Assembly: GCF_963921235.1 (NCBI RefSeq)
Contig: NC_086097.1
Span: 97,218,001-97,282,000 of the forward strand
Direction of reading: 5' to 3'
Length of the DNA: 64,000 nucleotides
Source: Mobula hypostoma
Lineage: Eukaryota
Shown one piece after another: positions 1 to 12,378 of this stretch. The translations under genes and the position numbers were made by a program. Numbering within the stretch: the first letter of the stretch is position 1; each line of letters opens with the position of its first letter. The notes below the pieces were generated by a model, which did not search any database, was not told the origin of the DNA, and was given only the letters and a program-made list of their open reading frames with translations.

Positions 1-452
1 CATGAATGTAGGATTTATTTACCAAAACTCTGCCCAACACACCGATACTGTACACAACCGACCTCCCCAACACCTACCCCCGCGCCATCAACTCCTTCCC
101 AGTTACAGTGGTATTCACAGCCTTACTGGATCCAGGCCAGGGCTGAAAGTTGCCTCATATTTTAAAAATCCCAAGGATCTATAGTAGGTATCGAGAGCCC
201 AGTAGAGCAGCATAGCTCCTTCTTCAATCTACAGCTTCTGCTGCGTTTCGTCACATGAATGTTAAGCTTCTAAGTTATTCTCTCACCCGGCGTTCACTTC
301 CCCACCATGACAATGTTTTGTGTCAGGTGACATATGGTTCACGGTGTAGTTTCGCGCGATCCACCCTTCCTCCTTTTCGTCCGCGTCAGAGCCACAACGG
401 CCAAGGGTATTTATGCTCCTTTTACGGTCTTCTCCCACCCATGTAATCTTTC

Positions 453-1744
453 TGTCATAAAGGAAGGGGCGCTGGCAGCGGACCTGAATGCAAGGACACA
501 GACACTGAAGTATTAGGAACAGGCTCGGAGTGAGAGCGGGGACAAGAACAGAGACTTGGGCAAGGACATTGGCTAGGCAAGCGGGACCAGGACAAGGAAC
601 TGGGAACTAGGAGCCTGGGCTTGGACTCCGAGCCGGAGACTGGACAAGGACCCAGAACCTGGGTCTTGACTCGGGATCGGACCCCGGAACTAGGCGAGGA
701 CATGACGTGGCTACAGGACTGGGCATGGCTTGGGTTCTTCGAGGCGAGGACATAACGAGGCTTGGGTTCGGGCTCCGAGCCAGAGACAGGACAAGGACCC
801 AGAACCTGGGTCTTGATTCGGGCTCAGACTCCAGAACTAAGCGAAAACATGACGTGGTTTTGGCAGACAGGACTAGGCGAGGCTACAGGACATAACGAGA
901 GACTCCTGGGCAAGACGAGGGATCTCTAGTACAGGACGAAGCACATGGACAGAACGAGAACATGAAGCCTTGACTTGGTACTCAGGAACAGCTGAGTCTT
1001 GGACTTGGGACTACAAGAGCCTCGGCAGCCTGGACTTGGGACGACAGGAACGCAGAACACAGAGCCCTGGTCTTGGGGAGGACGGGAACACAGAGCCTTG
1101 GTCTCGAGCATGGTAACATGGAGCCTTGGACTTGAGAGAAAGGAACACAAGGACATGGAACACAGAGCTGGGATCCCTCCTTGGGAACAGGACTTAGGGC
1201 CGGGACTCGTACACAGAAAACAGAGCCAGGACCCCTCTTTGGGAGCAGGACGTAGGGCCGGGACTCATACACAGAACACCGGGAGACAGGTCTCCGCTCA
1301 AGGTAACGGCAAACGGCCGGACCTACCTAGCAAAGGTGTGGACACAGAGACGTTTCCCAACATTAGGTAGCGGCAAACGGCCCGACCTACCTAGTGAAGG
1401 CGTGGACACAGAGACAGTTCAAAACAACAATAGACAGTTCCTTATCTTAGTCCAGCGGTTGAACTTGACAGCGGTTCAGGCGAAGGTTGCAGGCGCGGGT
1501 TACAGGCGAGGCAAGGCTTCAGGAGGAAGAGGCCAAGAAGGGATTCAGACAGGGGGGGTTTTGACAGGAACAATTCAGCAGCCAAGCCCTGGTCTCCGGA
1601 AGTATTTATGTGTCTTTCCAAACGAGAATCATGTGTCTCAATTAGAGCACCCAACAGAACAAAGGAAAACCAGAAAACCTGGTATAAGGATCGATTGACC
1701 GGTCCGTGAACCGGAATGCGGACTTCAAAGATCGGACCATGACA
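453..1744 (-). mobile_element. Solo LTR, family 1 (Gypsy-like), 1292 bp
   Basis: TGTCAT...ATGACA termini; 5-bp TSD CTTTC (448-452, 1745-1749); internal tandem repeats; inverted homolog of 6225-7470. Confidence 0.85.
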
Positions 1745-2575
1745 CTTTCTGGACCCACAAATGAAACTACAAAGCACATTCTTCGGCACGAGGTTACTGC
1801 AGGGCTGCGAATGGTTGACATGAAGTGATTATAGCGCCTAGAAAACGCCCGTTGCAATTCTGAAACATTTGGGGAAGAACTATGGCTCGTTCTCATGTGA
1901 ATTCTACCCAGTACTCTGCTTGGGTTGAAAAATGAGCTCTGTCAGTCCACCTCAAAACGAAACGTGAAGTGACAATATGTGCATATCTTAGACACGGATC
2001 CGTGTTAACAAATATACTTTTCTTAATCCTGATTTCTATGAAATCTGATCAATTCCAATGCGCTACGTTACACTCTGCAAGGATATACTGTATCTCTGCA
2101 GTGTAGCGACAGCACATAATTAATAAACTGCAAGGGAAAGAAAGTTGAGCATCTGTTGATCTCCGAGTAGCATCACCATATCAGTGAACAACGGGTGACC
2201 AGAAACGAGAAATGAGAATCCTAGGTGGATGGGGGGTGGTGCGAGGGGGGGAGCGGGGTCGGGCCGGTGGTTGTGTCTCTGACGTTGAGGCTGGACTATA
2301 TGTCGCTTCCAACAAAATATCCTCCCAGGAACTAATCAAGCCGATCGAAAGGATTTTTCCTTGATTTTCCTTACAAACGTAACCCAGAATTTATTACCAC
2401 TATGAGGACTTCACTGGGTCCCCAAGACCCATTTGAAATGGCCCTCTAAGACTGTAGGACTCTATCAACCCGCTCCATAGCAGTTGCTTAAGCTGCCTTT
2501 TAACAATGGATCCAACCAGCCTATTCAACACCCTGATCTCTCCCTACTCTGCTGGAGGAACTCGTGTTATCGAGC

Positions 2576-2576
<1 letters not shown>

Positions 2577-2633
<57 letters not shown>
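2577..2633. repeat. (GT)n microsatellite
   Basis: About 28 perfect GT units. Confidence 0.98.
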
Positions 2634-2634
<1 letters not shown>

Positions 2635-2741
2635 AGGCGGGGGGGGGGGTGTGGTCTGGAAATAGAATTGTCAACATTTGGCGTCGAAATCCTGCAATGA
2701 CACAGAGTATAGAGGAATGACAAAGTGGTGAAGGGATGTGA

Positions 2742-5250
2742 GCAACACATATAAAAGTTGCTGGTGAACGCAGCAGGCCAGGCAGCATCTCTAGGAAGAG
2801 GTACAGTCGACTTTTCAGGCCGAGACCCTTCGTCAGGACTAACTGAAGGAAGACTGAGTAAGAGATTTGAAAGTGGGAGGGGGAGGGGTAGATCCGAAAT
2901 GATAGGAGAAGACAGGAGGGGGAGGGATGGAGCCAAGAGCTGGACAGGTGATAGGCAAAAGGGATATGAGAGGATCATGGGACAGGAGGCCTAGGGAGAA
3001 AGACAAGGGGGAGGGGGATAAAAGCCCAAAGGATGGGCAAGAAGTATAGTGAGAGGGACAGAGGGAGAAAAAGGAGAGAGAGAAAGAATGTGTGTATATA
3101 AATAATTAACGAATGGGATATGAGGGGGAGGTGGGGCATTAGCGGAAGTTTGAGAAGTCAATATTCATGCCATCAGGTTGGAGGCTACCCAGACGGAACA
3201 TAAGGTTTTGTTCCTCCAACTGAGAGTGGCTTCATCTTTACAGTAGAGGAAGCCGTGGGTAGACATATCAGAATGGGAATGGGATGTGGAATTAAAATGT
3301 GTGACCACTGGGAGATCCTGCTTTCTCTGGCGGACAGAGCGTAGGTGTTCAGCGAACGATCTACCAGTCTGCGTCGGGTCTCGCCAATATATAGAAGGCC
3401 ACATCGGGAGCACCGGATGCAGTATATCACCCCAGAGGACTCACAGGTGAAGTGTCGCCTCACCTGGAAGGACTGTCGGGGGCCCTGAATGGTGGTGAGG
3501 GAGAAAGTGTAAAGGCATGTGTAGCACTTGTTCCGCTTACGAGGATAAGTGCCAGGCGGAAGATCGGTGGGGAGGGATGGGGGGGGGGGCGAATGGACAA
3601 GGGAGTCGCGTAGGGAGCGATCCTTGCGGAAAGCAGAGAGGGGGGAGGGAAAGATGTGCTTAGTGGTGGGATCCCGTTGGAGGTGGCAGAAGTTACGGAG
3701 AATAATATGTTGGACCCGGAGGCTGGTGGGGTGGTAGGTGAGGACAAGGGGAAGCCTATTCCTAGTGGGGTGGCGGAAGAATGGAGTGAGAGCAGATGTG
3801 CGTGAAATGGGGGAGATGCGTTTGACAGCAGATATTAATGGTGAAGGAAGGGAAGCCCATTTCTTTAAAAAAAGAGGACACCTCCCTCGTCCTGGAATGA
3901 AAAGCCTCATCCTGAGAGCAGATTCGGCAGAGACCGAGGAATTGCGGGAAGGGGATGGCATTTTTGAAAGAGACAGGGTGAGAAGAGGAATAGTCCAGAT
4001 AGCTGTGAGAGTCAGTAGGCTTACAGTAGACATCAGTAGATAAGCTGTCTCCAGGGATAGAGACGGAAAGATCTGGAAAAGGGAGGGAGGTGTCGGAAAT
4101 GGACCAGGTAAATCTGAGGACAGGGCAAAAGTTGGAGGCAAAGGTAATGAAGTTAACGAGCTCAGCATGCGTGCAGGAAGCAGCGCCAATGCAGTCGTCG
4201 ATGTAGCGAAGGAAAAGTGGGGGACAGATACCAGAATAGGTTTGGAACATAGATTGTTCCACAAAGCCAACAAAAAGGCAGGCATAGCTGGGACCCATAT
4301 GGGTGCCCATGGCTACACCTTTAGCTTGGAGGAAGTGGGAGGAGCCAAAGGAGAAATTATTACGAGTAAGGACTAATTCCGCTAGACGGAGCGGAGTGAT
4401 CGTAGAGGGGAACTGGTTAGGTCCGGAATCCAAAAAAAAAGTGGAGAGCTTTGAGACCTTCCTGATGGGGGAGGGAAGTATATAGGGACTGGACATCCAT
4501 GGTGAAAATAAAGCAGTGGGGGCCAGGGAACTTAAAATCATCGAAAAGTTTAAGAGCGTGAGAAGTGTCACGAACATAGGTAGGAAGGGATTGAACAAGG
4601 GGGGATAAAACCGTGTCGAGGTATGCAGAAATGAGTTCAGTGGGGCAGGAGCAAGCTGAGACAATAGGTCTGCCAGGACAGGCAGGTTTGTGGATCTTGG
4701 GTAGGAGGTAGAAACGGGAAGTGCGAGGTGTGGGAACTATAATTTTGGGAGCAGTGGATGGGAGATCCCCTGAGCGGATAAAGTCGGTGATGGTGTGGGA
4801 GACAATGGCCTGCTACTCCTTAGTGGGGTCACGATCGAGGGGTAGATAAGAGGAGGTATCCGCTAGTTGTCGCTGTGCCTCGGCAAGGTAGAGGTCAGTA
4901 CGCTCAGACTACAACAGCACCCCCCTTATCGGCGGGTTTTATAGTAAGGTTAGGATTAGTGCGAAGGGAGTAGAGAGCAGAGCGTTCGGAAGGAGTGAGG
5001 TTGGAATGGGAACAAGGGTGCGGTGAAGTCGAGACGGTTGATGTCCCGTCGGCAGTTAGCGATAAAGAGATCCAGAGCAGGCAGAAGACCAGAGCGGGGG
5101 GTCCATGAAGAGGAGGAGGGATGAAGACGGGAGAAGGGGTCGTTGGTGGGGGTGGGAGAGTCCTTGCCGAGGAAATAAGCTCAGAGACGTAGCCGGCGGA
5201 AGAAGAGTTCCGCGTCGTGGCGAACGCGGAACTCGCTGAGGTGTGGGCGA
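2742..5250 (-). mobile_element. Penelope-like retroelement (Neptune-type), 5'-truncated and frameshifted RT + GIY-YIG
   Basis: IKPADKGGAVVV; GVAMGTHMGPSYACLFVG; FLRYIDD; VIYCIRCSRCGLLYIGET (GIY-YIG); Cys-rich linker; terminal repeat with hammerhead motif. Confidence 0.93.
2804..2845 (-). ncRNA. Minimal type I hammerhead ribozyme motif (helix III variant)
   Basis: Minus strand: agtc-CUGACGA-agggucucggccu-GAAA-a-GUC-gacu. Confidence 0.7.
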
Positions 5251-5615
5251 TATGAAGTATCCCTAATATAGGTCGGAAGGAACTAGACAATGGGTGATAG
5301 GGTAAAGTCAAGGTATGAGGAGTGCAGGTAAATGGGGCAAGAGCGGGTACTATATCGGATCTACTATCACAGTCCGGTTTGTAGATGTTGGATAAAATAT
5401 AGAAGTTGGAAGTGTGGGACTGTGGAACTATCAAGTGGGAGAATGTGTGGGAGCTCTGCGGATGTACATGAACCGTGACTGTACACGAGATGGCGGCCTG
5501 ATGTTCGTAGGTGATCAGCGTCGATACGGGATTTCGACCCGATATGTCGAGAATTCTTTTCTTCTCACAGATATTATTCGATGCACTGAGTTTCTTCGGC
5601 AGATCGTTTGTTTTA
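5251..5615 (-). mobile_element. Older diverged Penelope-like fragment (host of the 2742-5250 insertion) with inverted terminus
   Basis: Decayed FYILSNIYKPDC...YLDFTLSPIV*FLPTYIRDTS; the reading appears to continue left of 2742. Confidence 0.6.
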
Positions 5616-5653
5616 GATACAAGCATGTACCTCTTGAGTCTTTTTCTCCCTAA

Positions 5654-5875
<222 letters not shown>

Positions 5876-6224
5876 TAACATTACAAATAATGTTATCAAC
5901 TATATACACATTTGAATAAGTGAGGGTCAAGATTACAATAGTGCTTAGGTCTCTAATTTACATTTATCTTTTGTGTTCCACGGTCAGCGCGCATTGTCCT
6001 AGAACATATGATATAGACCAGTCTAGCACAATGGCTGCGATATTGCACGTCTACGATATTGTACCGATCTTTTAATGCATTCGACAATCAATCTAGCCTT
6101 TCCCTCCCGCGCAGCTATCCGAAAGCCATCCTGACCATCCCAAATCAGACTATCTTCTCTATATACTCGTAAATCCTGTCGCTAAGAATTTTCTCCAATA
6201 GTCTGCCCACCACTGACGTAAGAC

Positions 6225-7470
6225 TGTCATGGTCCGGTCCGAGAAGTCCGTATTCCGGCTCACGGTTCGGTCCATAGTTCCTTATTCCAGGGTTTCTGGT
6301 TTTCCCCAATTTCTGTTGTAGGCACATGATTCTCGTTTTGGGGCTGAGACATAAATACCTCTGCAAACCAGGATTCCCTGTTGGACTGTTCTGTTCCCCT
6401 CCATGTCTCCCCGCCCCCTCGCCTGACTCTCTGCCTGGATACCTCGCCTGACTCGCTGCCTGGGTACCTCGCCTGACTCTCTGCCTGCTCACCTAGCCTG
6501 GATACCCCGCCTGTATACACTGCCTGTATAGCTGAAATTTTCCACCGAAGCAAAACCGGAGCCTTGTTACGTCAAGATAAGGAACTGTCTTTCGTCGTGT
6601 GGATTGTCTCTCTGTGTCCACGCCTTCGTTAGGTAGGTCCGTCCGTTTGCCGCTACCTCGTGTTAAGAACTGTCTCTGTGTCCACGCCTTCGCTAGGTGG
6701 GTCTGGCTGTTTGCCGCCACCTTGTGTTGGGATCCGTCTCTTCATGTTCAGCGTTCTGTGTATGAGTCCCGGCCCTACGTCCTGTTCCCAAGGAGAGGTC
6801 CCGCCTCTGTGTTCCGTGCTCCCGTCTCTTCTAGTCCAAGGCTGCCTGCTCCCATCTCTTCTAGTCCAAGGTTCTCTGCTCCTGAAGGCTCTCGTCCGGT
6901 CCGTGCCTAGTCCAGTCCTATCCGAGTCCTGTCCATCTGCCTTTACCTGTCCTTGTGTCTCGCCCTGCACAGCAGTTCCTCATCCAAGCCATGTCCAGTC
7001 CTGTAGCCTCGTCTTGTCCTCGCCTAGTTCTGGAGTCTGAGCCCGAGTCAAGTCCCAGGTTCTGGGTCCTTGCCCAGTTTCTGGCTCGGAGGCCATACCC
7101 AAGCCTCGAAGTACCTTCGACCCAAGCCTCAAGACCCCAAGCCTGTCTCCAAGCCTCAAGCCTCAAGACCTCAGCCTCCAGTCCTGCAGTCATGTCATGT
7201 CCTTGCCTGGTTCTGGGGCACGAGCCCAAGGCAAGACCCAGGTTCTGGGTCCTTGTCCGATCTCCGGCTCGGGATTCTAGCCCAGCTTCCTAGTTCGTAG
7301 TTCCTTGTCTCGGTTCCCTGTCTAGTCCATGTCCTAGCCCAAGTCTGCGTTCTTGTCCCTGCTCCTTGTCTGTATCCTGTCACGCCCCTAACTCTAGTCA
7401 GGTCCTGTTCCTTGTACTTTGGTGTCTGTGTCTTGCAGTTGAGTCCGTTCCCAACGTCCCCATTATGACA
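6225..7470 (+). mobile_element. Solo LTR, family 1 (Gypsy-like), 1246 bp
   Basis: TGTCAT...ATGACA termini; 5-bp TSD AAGAC (6220-6224, 7471-7475); inserted in a CR1 remnant. Confidence 0.87.
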
Positions 7471-7506
7471 AAGACTCACTGGTCAATAATTCCAGGATTA
7501 TCCATA

Positions 7507-9178
7507 TCCCACCAGGAAGGTCTCAAAGCTCTCCATCTCTTTTTGGATTCTAGACATAACCAGTTCCCCTCTACCACCACTCAGCTCCGTCTAGCGGAAT
7601 TAGTCTTTACTCTTAATAATTTCTCCTTTAGCTCCTCCCACTTCCTCCAAACTAAAGGTGTAGCCATGGGCACCCGTATGGGTCCCAGCTATGCATGTCT
7701 TTTTGTTGGCTTTGTAGAACAATCCGTATTCCAAACCAATACAGGTATCTGTCCCCCACTTTTCCTTCGCTACATCGACTGCATTGGCGCTGCTTCCTGC
7801 AGACGTGCTGAGCTTATTGACTTCATTAACTTCGCCTCCAACTTTCATCCTGCCCTCAGGTTTACCTGGTCCATTTCTGACAACTCCCTCCGCTTTCCAG
7901 ATCTTTCTGTCTCTATCTCTGGACAGCTTATCTACTGAAGTCTACTATAAGCCTACTGACTCTCACAGCTATCTGGACTATTCCTCTTCCCACCCTGTCT
8001 CTTGCAAAAATGCCATCCCCTTCTCGCAATTCCTCCGTCTCTGTCGCATCTGCTCTCAGGATGAGGTTTTTCATTCCAGGACAAGGGAGATGTCCTCCTT
8101 TTTTAAAGAAAGGGGCTTCCCTTCCTCCACCATCAACTCTGCTCTCAAACGCATCTCCCCCATTTCACGCAAATCTGCTCTCTCTCAATCCTCCCGCCAC
8201 CCCACTAGGAATAGAGTTCCCCTAGTCCGCACCTACCACCCCACTATCCTCCAGGTCCAGCATATATTTCTCCGTAACTTCCGCCACCTCCAACGGGATC
8301 CCACCACTAAGCACATCTTTCCCACCCCCACCACCCTCCCCACTTTCTGCTTTCCGCAGGGATCGCTCCCTACGCGACTCCCTCGTCCATTTGTTTTCCC
8401 CCCCTCCCCACATCCCTCCCCACCAATCTCCCTCCTGGCACTTATCCTTGTAAGCGGAACAAGTGCTACACATGCCCTTACACTTCCTCCCTCACCACCA
8501 TTCACGGCCCCAGACAGTCTTTCCTGCTGAGGCGACACTTCACCTGTGAGTCGGCTGGGGTGATATACTGCGTCCGGTGCCCCCGATGTGGCCTTCTATA
8601 TATTGGTGAGACCCGACGCAGACTGGGAGATCATTTCGCTGAACACCTACGCTCTGTCCGCCAGAGAAAGCAGGATCTCCCAGTAATACACATTTTAATT
8701 CCACGTCCCATTCCCTTTTCGATATGTCTATCCACAACCTCCTCTACTGTAAAGATGAAGCCACACTCAGGTTGGAGGAACAACACCTTATATTCCGTCT
8801 AGGTAGCCTCCAACCTGATGGCATGAACATTGACTTCTCTAACTTCCGTTAATGCCCTACCTCCCCCTCGTACCCCATCCGTCATTGCCCATTCTCTGGG
8901 CTTCCCCCCTCCCCCTTTCTTTCTCCCTAGGCCTCCCGCCCCATGATCCTCTCATATCCCTTTTGCCAATCACCTGTCCAGCTCTTGGCTCCATCCCTCC
9001 CCCTCCCGTCTTCTCCTATCATTTTGGATCTCCCCTCCCCCTCCCACTTTCAAATCTCTTACTAGCTCTTCTTTCAGTTAGTCCTGACGAAGGGTCTCGT
9101 CCCAAAACGTTAAATGTACCTCTTCCTATAGATGCTGCCTGGCCTGCTGCGTTCACCAGCCACTTTTATGTGTGCTCC
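7507..9178 (+). mobile_element. Penelope-like retroelement, 5'-truncated
   Basis: GVAMGTRMGPSYACLF; VYYKPTDSHSYLDY; IYCVRCPRCGLLYIGET; 9-bp TSD TTATCCATA (7498-7506, 9179-9187); same family as 2742-5250. Confidence 0.93.
9075..9116 (+). ncRNA. Degenerate hammerhead motif (GAAA to AAAA, helix I broken)
   Basis: agtc-CUGACGA-agggucucguccc-AAAA-c-GUU-aaau. Confidence 0.55.
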
Positions 9179-9187
9179 TTATCCATA

Positions 9188-9720
9188 CAGTATTATCTTT
9201 TTTTGAAGGGATGGCATTTGCCACCTTCCAATCTTCTCCCGTGGCCAGTGAGCACACAAAGATCATTGCCAATGGCACTGCAGGTTTTTCGCTTGCTTTC
9301 CGTTGCAGCGTGGGGTGTACTCCGTCTGGTCTTGAGGACTACCTAGGTCAATGTTTTTCAAAAATTCCTGCACATCATCTTTCTTACCGTCCACATGTTC
9401 CATCCCATTAGCAACTTCTACTCTGCTGCATTCCTCAAGGTTCCCCTCTCAGGCGAATACTGAAGCAAAATAATCATTAGAGACTTCATCTACCACTTCC
9501 GACTCCAGGCACGTTTTTTCTGTTATCCCTGAACGGTCCTACCCTCTCTCTAGTCATCCCCCTGTTCTTCACGTCCGTGAAAAATGCTTTAGGGTTTTCC
9601 TAGTCCTGCGCGCCAAGGCCTTCTCATGCTTCCTTCTAACTTTCCTAAGTTCATTCTTTAGCTCCTTCCTGGATACCTTATAACTCTCAAGAGCTAAGTC
9701 AAATGTTTGCCTGTCTGATC
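9188..9720 (-). mobile_element. Old CR1 LINE ORF2 remnant (also 6060-6224 and 7471-7500)
   Basis: LTSVVGRLLEKILSDRIYEY in ORF 6145..6492; similarity to other CR1 copies in the window. Confidence 0.6.
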
Positions 9721-11004
9721 AATCCTGCCCTTGTGACTGTATACGGCCACAACATCGTAGCTCCAAGTACCATACATATTCATCAACTTTCTTCCCGATA
9801 CTTGTCCTATTGGAATGAACTATTTTAACCCATCCAACTGTGGCTGAAGAATTCGTACAGAGGGCCCAATTTCAGTTTTGTGGATCATTGGAATCTCTTC
9901 TGGGGAAAGTATGACCACTACCAAAGGGATGTATTACATTTGAACTCGAGAGGAGCCAATGTCCTTGCGAGCCGGTTTTCTCGAGCTAGTCAGGAGGGTT
10001 GACGTGGAGATGGGAATTATAGTGATGGGTCAGATGATAGAGCAGTTGGTGTAAAGGTAAATGCAATGTGTAGACAGACCGTGAAGAATGTTAGACAGTA
10101 ACAGGCTAGGAGACAACCTTATCACTGTAGAATTTGTTAGGCACAAATAATCATATTACCTTTGCAACAAAAACCATTACAGAAAGATTCTGTAATGTAA
10201 TGAAAAGGATTCAATGAATAAGATTAAATTCACGCGAGAATAAGAGGCTGCTCACAGACTGATGCTTCAGCTTTAGACGTCACCAACCCCTTGAATCTTT
10301 ATTTTATCCTCGTTGGTGGAACGTGTCCTCTGGATTTTGGAATAGTATATTGGACTCTCCTAAAACATTGGTTTCATTTAAAGCAACAATACGTTATCTG
10401 TTTCGGTCAGGGTGAAGTTGTTTGCACCTTGTAAAACTTCGATGCAGTTATTACAGAATCACTAGGTCCTAACAGAATGGAAGACAGCGACGCAGTCCAC
10501 TTCGGGCGCCACACCACCCCACCCCACCCCGCTCGATCTAAGTAAGAGCTGGTAGAACTCGGCTGCGCTGTAAATTGATTTCCTGTACACCTCCATTTTG
10601 AATATTACAATTGAATTCTATTCAAGGACGCGAACCACTCACTATATTAAAAATGCTTTGGCGCAAATTTTGGTTCTTTTCTCAATCACGCCATTGTACA
10701 TCCTATAGTCCTTAACCTCTCCGTATCAGCATCATTTTCTGTGCCCTCATGATTCTAAATACATCTACTAAATCATTTGTGCCAAGGAGAACAGTATCGC
10801 CGTCTAAATTTTGTCCATTTAACAGAGGTCCTTGAAATTGCAGATTGCTTCCGCAGTCTCTGCAAAGCCTTCACATCTTCCTTAAAACGTGTGCTCCCAG
10901 AACTGGACAGGATAGTCCAGCCGTGACCGAGTCAATGTTTCATAAATCATGTGCCTCACGATTTCTTGTTCCTGTGCTGTAAGCCCAAGCCCAAGATAAA
11001 TACT

Positions 11005-11006
<2 letters not shown>

Positions 11007-11060
<54 letters not shown>
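11007..11060. repeat. (TG)n microsatellite
   Basis: 27 perfect TG units. Confidence 0.98.
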
Positions 11061-11063
<3 letters not shown>

Positions 11064-11794
11064 GAAGACGTGCATACTCTACACACGGGTCATGCTGGTG
11101 TGAAGTAACTGTTCTACCGGCTGAATCACTGTGATGCCCTGAGTATCCGTACATCATCCGTCACTGGGGAAAATCACGTTGAAGTGGCGTAAAACTATGT
11201 TTGGGCAACAAATCAAACCCCTAACATTTAAAGAGCACTGTCAAAAGCGTTTACTGTTCCCTGAGACATCTGAGTTTGGAAATGGAACCTGATTTCACGC
11301 AGTTCACTTTGAATTCGCTATTCAAACTTTCACTGCAGCCAATGGTTGTTGAACAAGAAAGCTACGGCTCAAGGGATTTGTATGACATGAGTCACAAAAG
11401 CCTGAAAGCTCGTACCGCCAGGCTCAATGACGGCTAGCTGTTAATGAACGAATCTCCTGTATGGTGAGACAAATTCTTGTCCTCACATCTACTTTGCAAT
11501 GGGCTTGCTTCTTATAGTCCGCCTACACGGCAGCCTAACACACTATTTTGCATTCAGTTATCGTTTTACCCTTGCACAAATTGATGCTGTGAAATGTTAA
11601 AACAATAAATAGATTTACCAACCCCCTTCTACCTCCTTTAGGACATCTTCTGACTACTTCTGACTGGGGTTGTAGTTTGAGGTTATTCTGTGTTGTATTC
11701 TGAGCAATTTTCACTCCATCTGGCACAAATTATTACTCTAGATCGTACTGGCCTGAGCTAAAGGGTAAATTTGTATAATTTGTTCTTTCATCAG

Positions 11795-12246
11795 GCGGAG
11801 ATGTCACTCTCACGGACATGCGATACGTCCTGAAACAAATAGAACACAATGTTTCTGCTAACATCCCCCTCAGCTCCAGGCATCGTTCGAAAATCAGCGC
11901 CCTGGTCTGGGGAACCGATCAGAACAACTATCCATCTGACTTTGATGTTATTCTGGGATCGGACATCGTGTACAACCCTACCAACTTTCCACATCTTTTG
12001 CAGACACTTTTACATCTTTGCAACGAGAAAACTATAGTTTACATCTGTTCTAACATGGTTGCCAGAGAGGGAGCCACTAATTTTCACCAAGAACTATTGC
12101 CGGGGCAGTTTAATAGCGAGTTAATTCACACAAGCGGAAGCAACAATATTTACAAGTTGACTAAAAAAACAAGCACCCTCAGGAGGAAGGGATTAATTTC
12201 TGATACGGAGTGGAAAAGCAGCCTGGTACCAAAGTGTAAAACCTGA
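11795..12246 (+). CDS. EEF1AKMT3: Paralog A terminal coding exon
   Basis: Acceptor ttctttcatcAG; GGDVTLTD, LVWG, FDVILGSDIVY, LLQTLLHLC; ORF 11818..12246 ends in TGA. Confidence 0.93.
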
Positions 12247-12250
12247 TAAA

Positions 12251-12378
12251 AAACAGAAGATACTGGGAACATTCAGCAGGTCAGGCAGCATTTGTAGAAA
12301 ATGAAAGAGAATTAACGGTTATGTGATCATCTCCACGGAAGCTGCTCGATCTGCTGAGTGTTTCCAGTATTTACTGTT
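12251..12378. repeat. Palindromic element derived from Penelope termini, immediately after the paralog A stop codon
   Basis: Arm aacagaagatactgggaacattcagcaggtcaggcagc is the imperfect reverse complement of gctgctcgatctgctgagtgtttccagtatttactgtt. Confidence 0.7.

Noticed and set aside
455..1700. ORFs and CRISPR-like spaced repeats in the LTR
   Set aside because: Degenerate tandem repeats without unique spacers, in eukaryotic DNA with no cas genes; the ORFs are low-complexity by-products.
2225..2270. G-quadruplex-forming run
   Set aside because: Four G-tracts are present, but similar G-runs are common in this window and nothing indicates function.
2484..2978. VC-, TH- or HT-repeat proteins (also 10882-11157)
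   Set aside because: Translations of (GT)n microsatellites.
12232..12246. CaaX prenylation signal on paralog A (…KCKT)
   Set aside because: Cys is third from the end, not fourth.
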